A stretch of DNA of 64,000 nucleotides, from NCBI GenBank assembly GCA_964247055.1, contig OZ176050.1, positions 2,666,001 to 2,730,000 of the forward strand, given 5' to 3'. Shown here piece by piece: positions 62,519 to 64,000 of this stretch. This DNA comes from Paragordius varius. Taxonomy: Eukaryota; Animalia; Nematomorpha. Position 1 is the stretch's first letter. Each line of letters opens with the position of its first letter. The position numbers were made by a program, and so were the translations under genes. The notes below the pieces were generated by a model. That model searched no databases. It was not told the origin of the DNA and saw nothing but the letters and a program-made list of their open reading frames with translations.

Positions 62519-63241
62519 ATTTTTAATTAAATTATATGAAATTTATGATTACACCAACATATTTTCTTAAATTATATGTATTTTTTCTTTATATTTCTTA
62601 AAATGTTCGCGAACCTTATTATTTATTCGAGGTTTCGGTTCCATTGTGATTTTACATTGAATAAATTATAAACGTCATATTTATAAAATATATTTACTTA
62701 ATTCGTCCATATCTAACCTCTATACTACTCTTCTTTTTTTTAGATTTTTCGTAAATTTAATGCATGACTTATTTTGCAAAATCCAATTAAGCTGTACAAT
62801 TACCAATTAAATTTTTATAGTTTTGCCTATAAAAAAAATAATTTCTTAAAAACTACTGAGAATAAGGATTAAGATAAATTTTTTACTAATAAACATCGTA
62901 ATAATTTATAGTTTATGCAGAATTTTAGCTATTTAGTCAGTGAATAGTTGGTTATTATTGATTTTCTCTGTAAAAAATATTGAGAGGAAATATGTGTAAA
63001 AACAAAAGAGTGAATATTCACGGATAATAAAAAATATAATTATTTTAACACATAATGAATGATATTAACGATATTCCATACTATATAATTAATATTTCAT
63101 ACCACGTAATTCAATAATGGTGAACAAAATTTATTTTTCGGATTCCAGTCATTATTTTAGTATCAATCTATCAAAACCCTTTATATTTTTCGATCTTCAA
63201 TTATTTTGTATGGTAATTGTCTTTTATAAATAAACATCATT

Positions 63242-63813
63242 ATGCCTATTTGTGACAATTTGAGATTGGCGCTGACCTCTAAAAACTTTGTACTATCAAC
63301 AATGATAATCTTTATTATAAGTTTTATTTGGTGTTTTAATATCGGGCACAGTCAAACTACCCAAAAAATTAATCTTGAAGAATCATTTCGACGTCAAGGC
63401 CTAACGATACCTCCCTCCATACAGAATTCAACGTTCAAAATATATCAAGAAAAGTTGATAACCAATATAACGGAAACTTTGAATGGCCTCTTACATGGCT
63501 ACGATAATAAAATACGACCAGGATACAATAGTAAGCATACTTGTTTTTCATAATTCTTTTCTACAGTCTTTTACAGATATTACTGCAATTTAATTCCATT
63601 ATGTAATAATTCCAAAAATATTTATTTGGTTATGAAATTGTGTCGACTTTGGAAATTTGCAATTACAAATGAAATATTTTTAAAAAATTTGATAAAGCTT
63701 TTATATGATATTTTGAGTTATTTAGCGTAAAATTTAATTTATTAGAAAAGAAAACTATCATTTTGGTGGATATAATGATTCGGAGTATGGGATCCATTTC
63801 AGAATTAAACATG
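63242..63813 (+). CDS. Cys-loop ligand-gated ion channel subunit (GABA/glycine-receptor class, Grd-like), 5' part; exons 63242-63530 and 63746-63813, continues beyond the window
   Basis: Signal peptide, then LNGLLHGYDNKIRPGY|KKKTIILVDIMIRSMGSISELNM; the phase-1 junction matches; LLxGYDxxIRP and VDIMxRSMGxISE are Cys-loop N-terminal signatures. Confidence 0.85.
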
Positions 63814-64000
63814 GTAATATATATTGTCTTTTTATGCTTTATACTTTGGATAACTTCTGTTATATCAGCTAAATAAATTTTGATAAAACATTTTACAGAA
63901 TTTAAGAGCATATCCTGCATGAGCAAAATAAAACAGTAAAGAAATACGCTACCCTTTTTTACTGTATAGAGTCCCGATAATGAAATATTAATTATGATGT

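Overview
Very AT-rich eukaryotic (animal) genomic DNA with spliceosomal GT-AG introns; no prokaryotic features, RNA genes or CRISPR seen. I rebuilt the exon chains by hand, checking splice phase at each junction. Genes: a 5'-truncated opsin (+, <1-3440); SRF (-, 11438-7727) head-to-head with the myosin chaperone UNC-45 (+, 11526-20407); SNX14 (-, 24785-20638) head-to-head with an OTUD6-like deubiquitinase (+, 24824-25728) that the ORF track almost entirely misses; a small orphan secreted protein (-, ~33153-32826); a 24-exon dual-GAF cGMP phosphodiesterase of the invertebrate Pde6 type (-, 58258-34239); and the first two exons of a Cys-loop GABA/glycine-type receptor subunit (+, 63242->64000). 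Introns and intergenic DNA carry several MITE families (often nested), decayed mariner and Tc1/Tc3-like elements, and a possible decayed LINE. The most striking feature is a class of ultra-short introns (22-28 nt, nine instances, none a multiple of 3) alongside kb-sized introns, together with divergent gene pairs whose start codons are only 38 and 87 bp apart. A highly reduced invertebrate genome (for example a mesozoan-grade spiralian) is an inference only.
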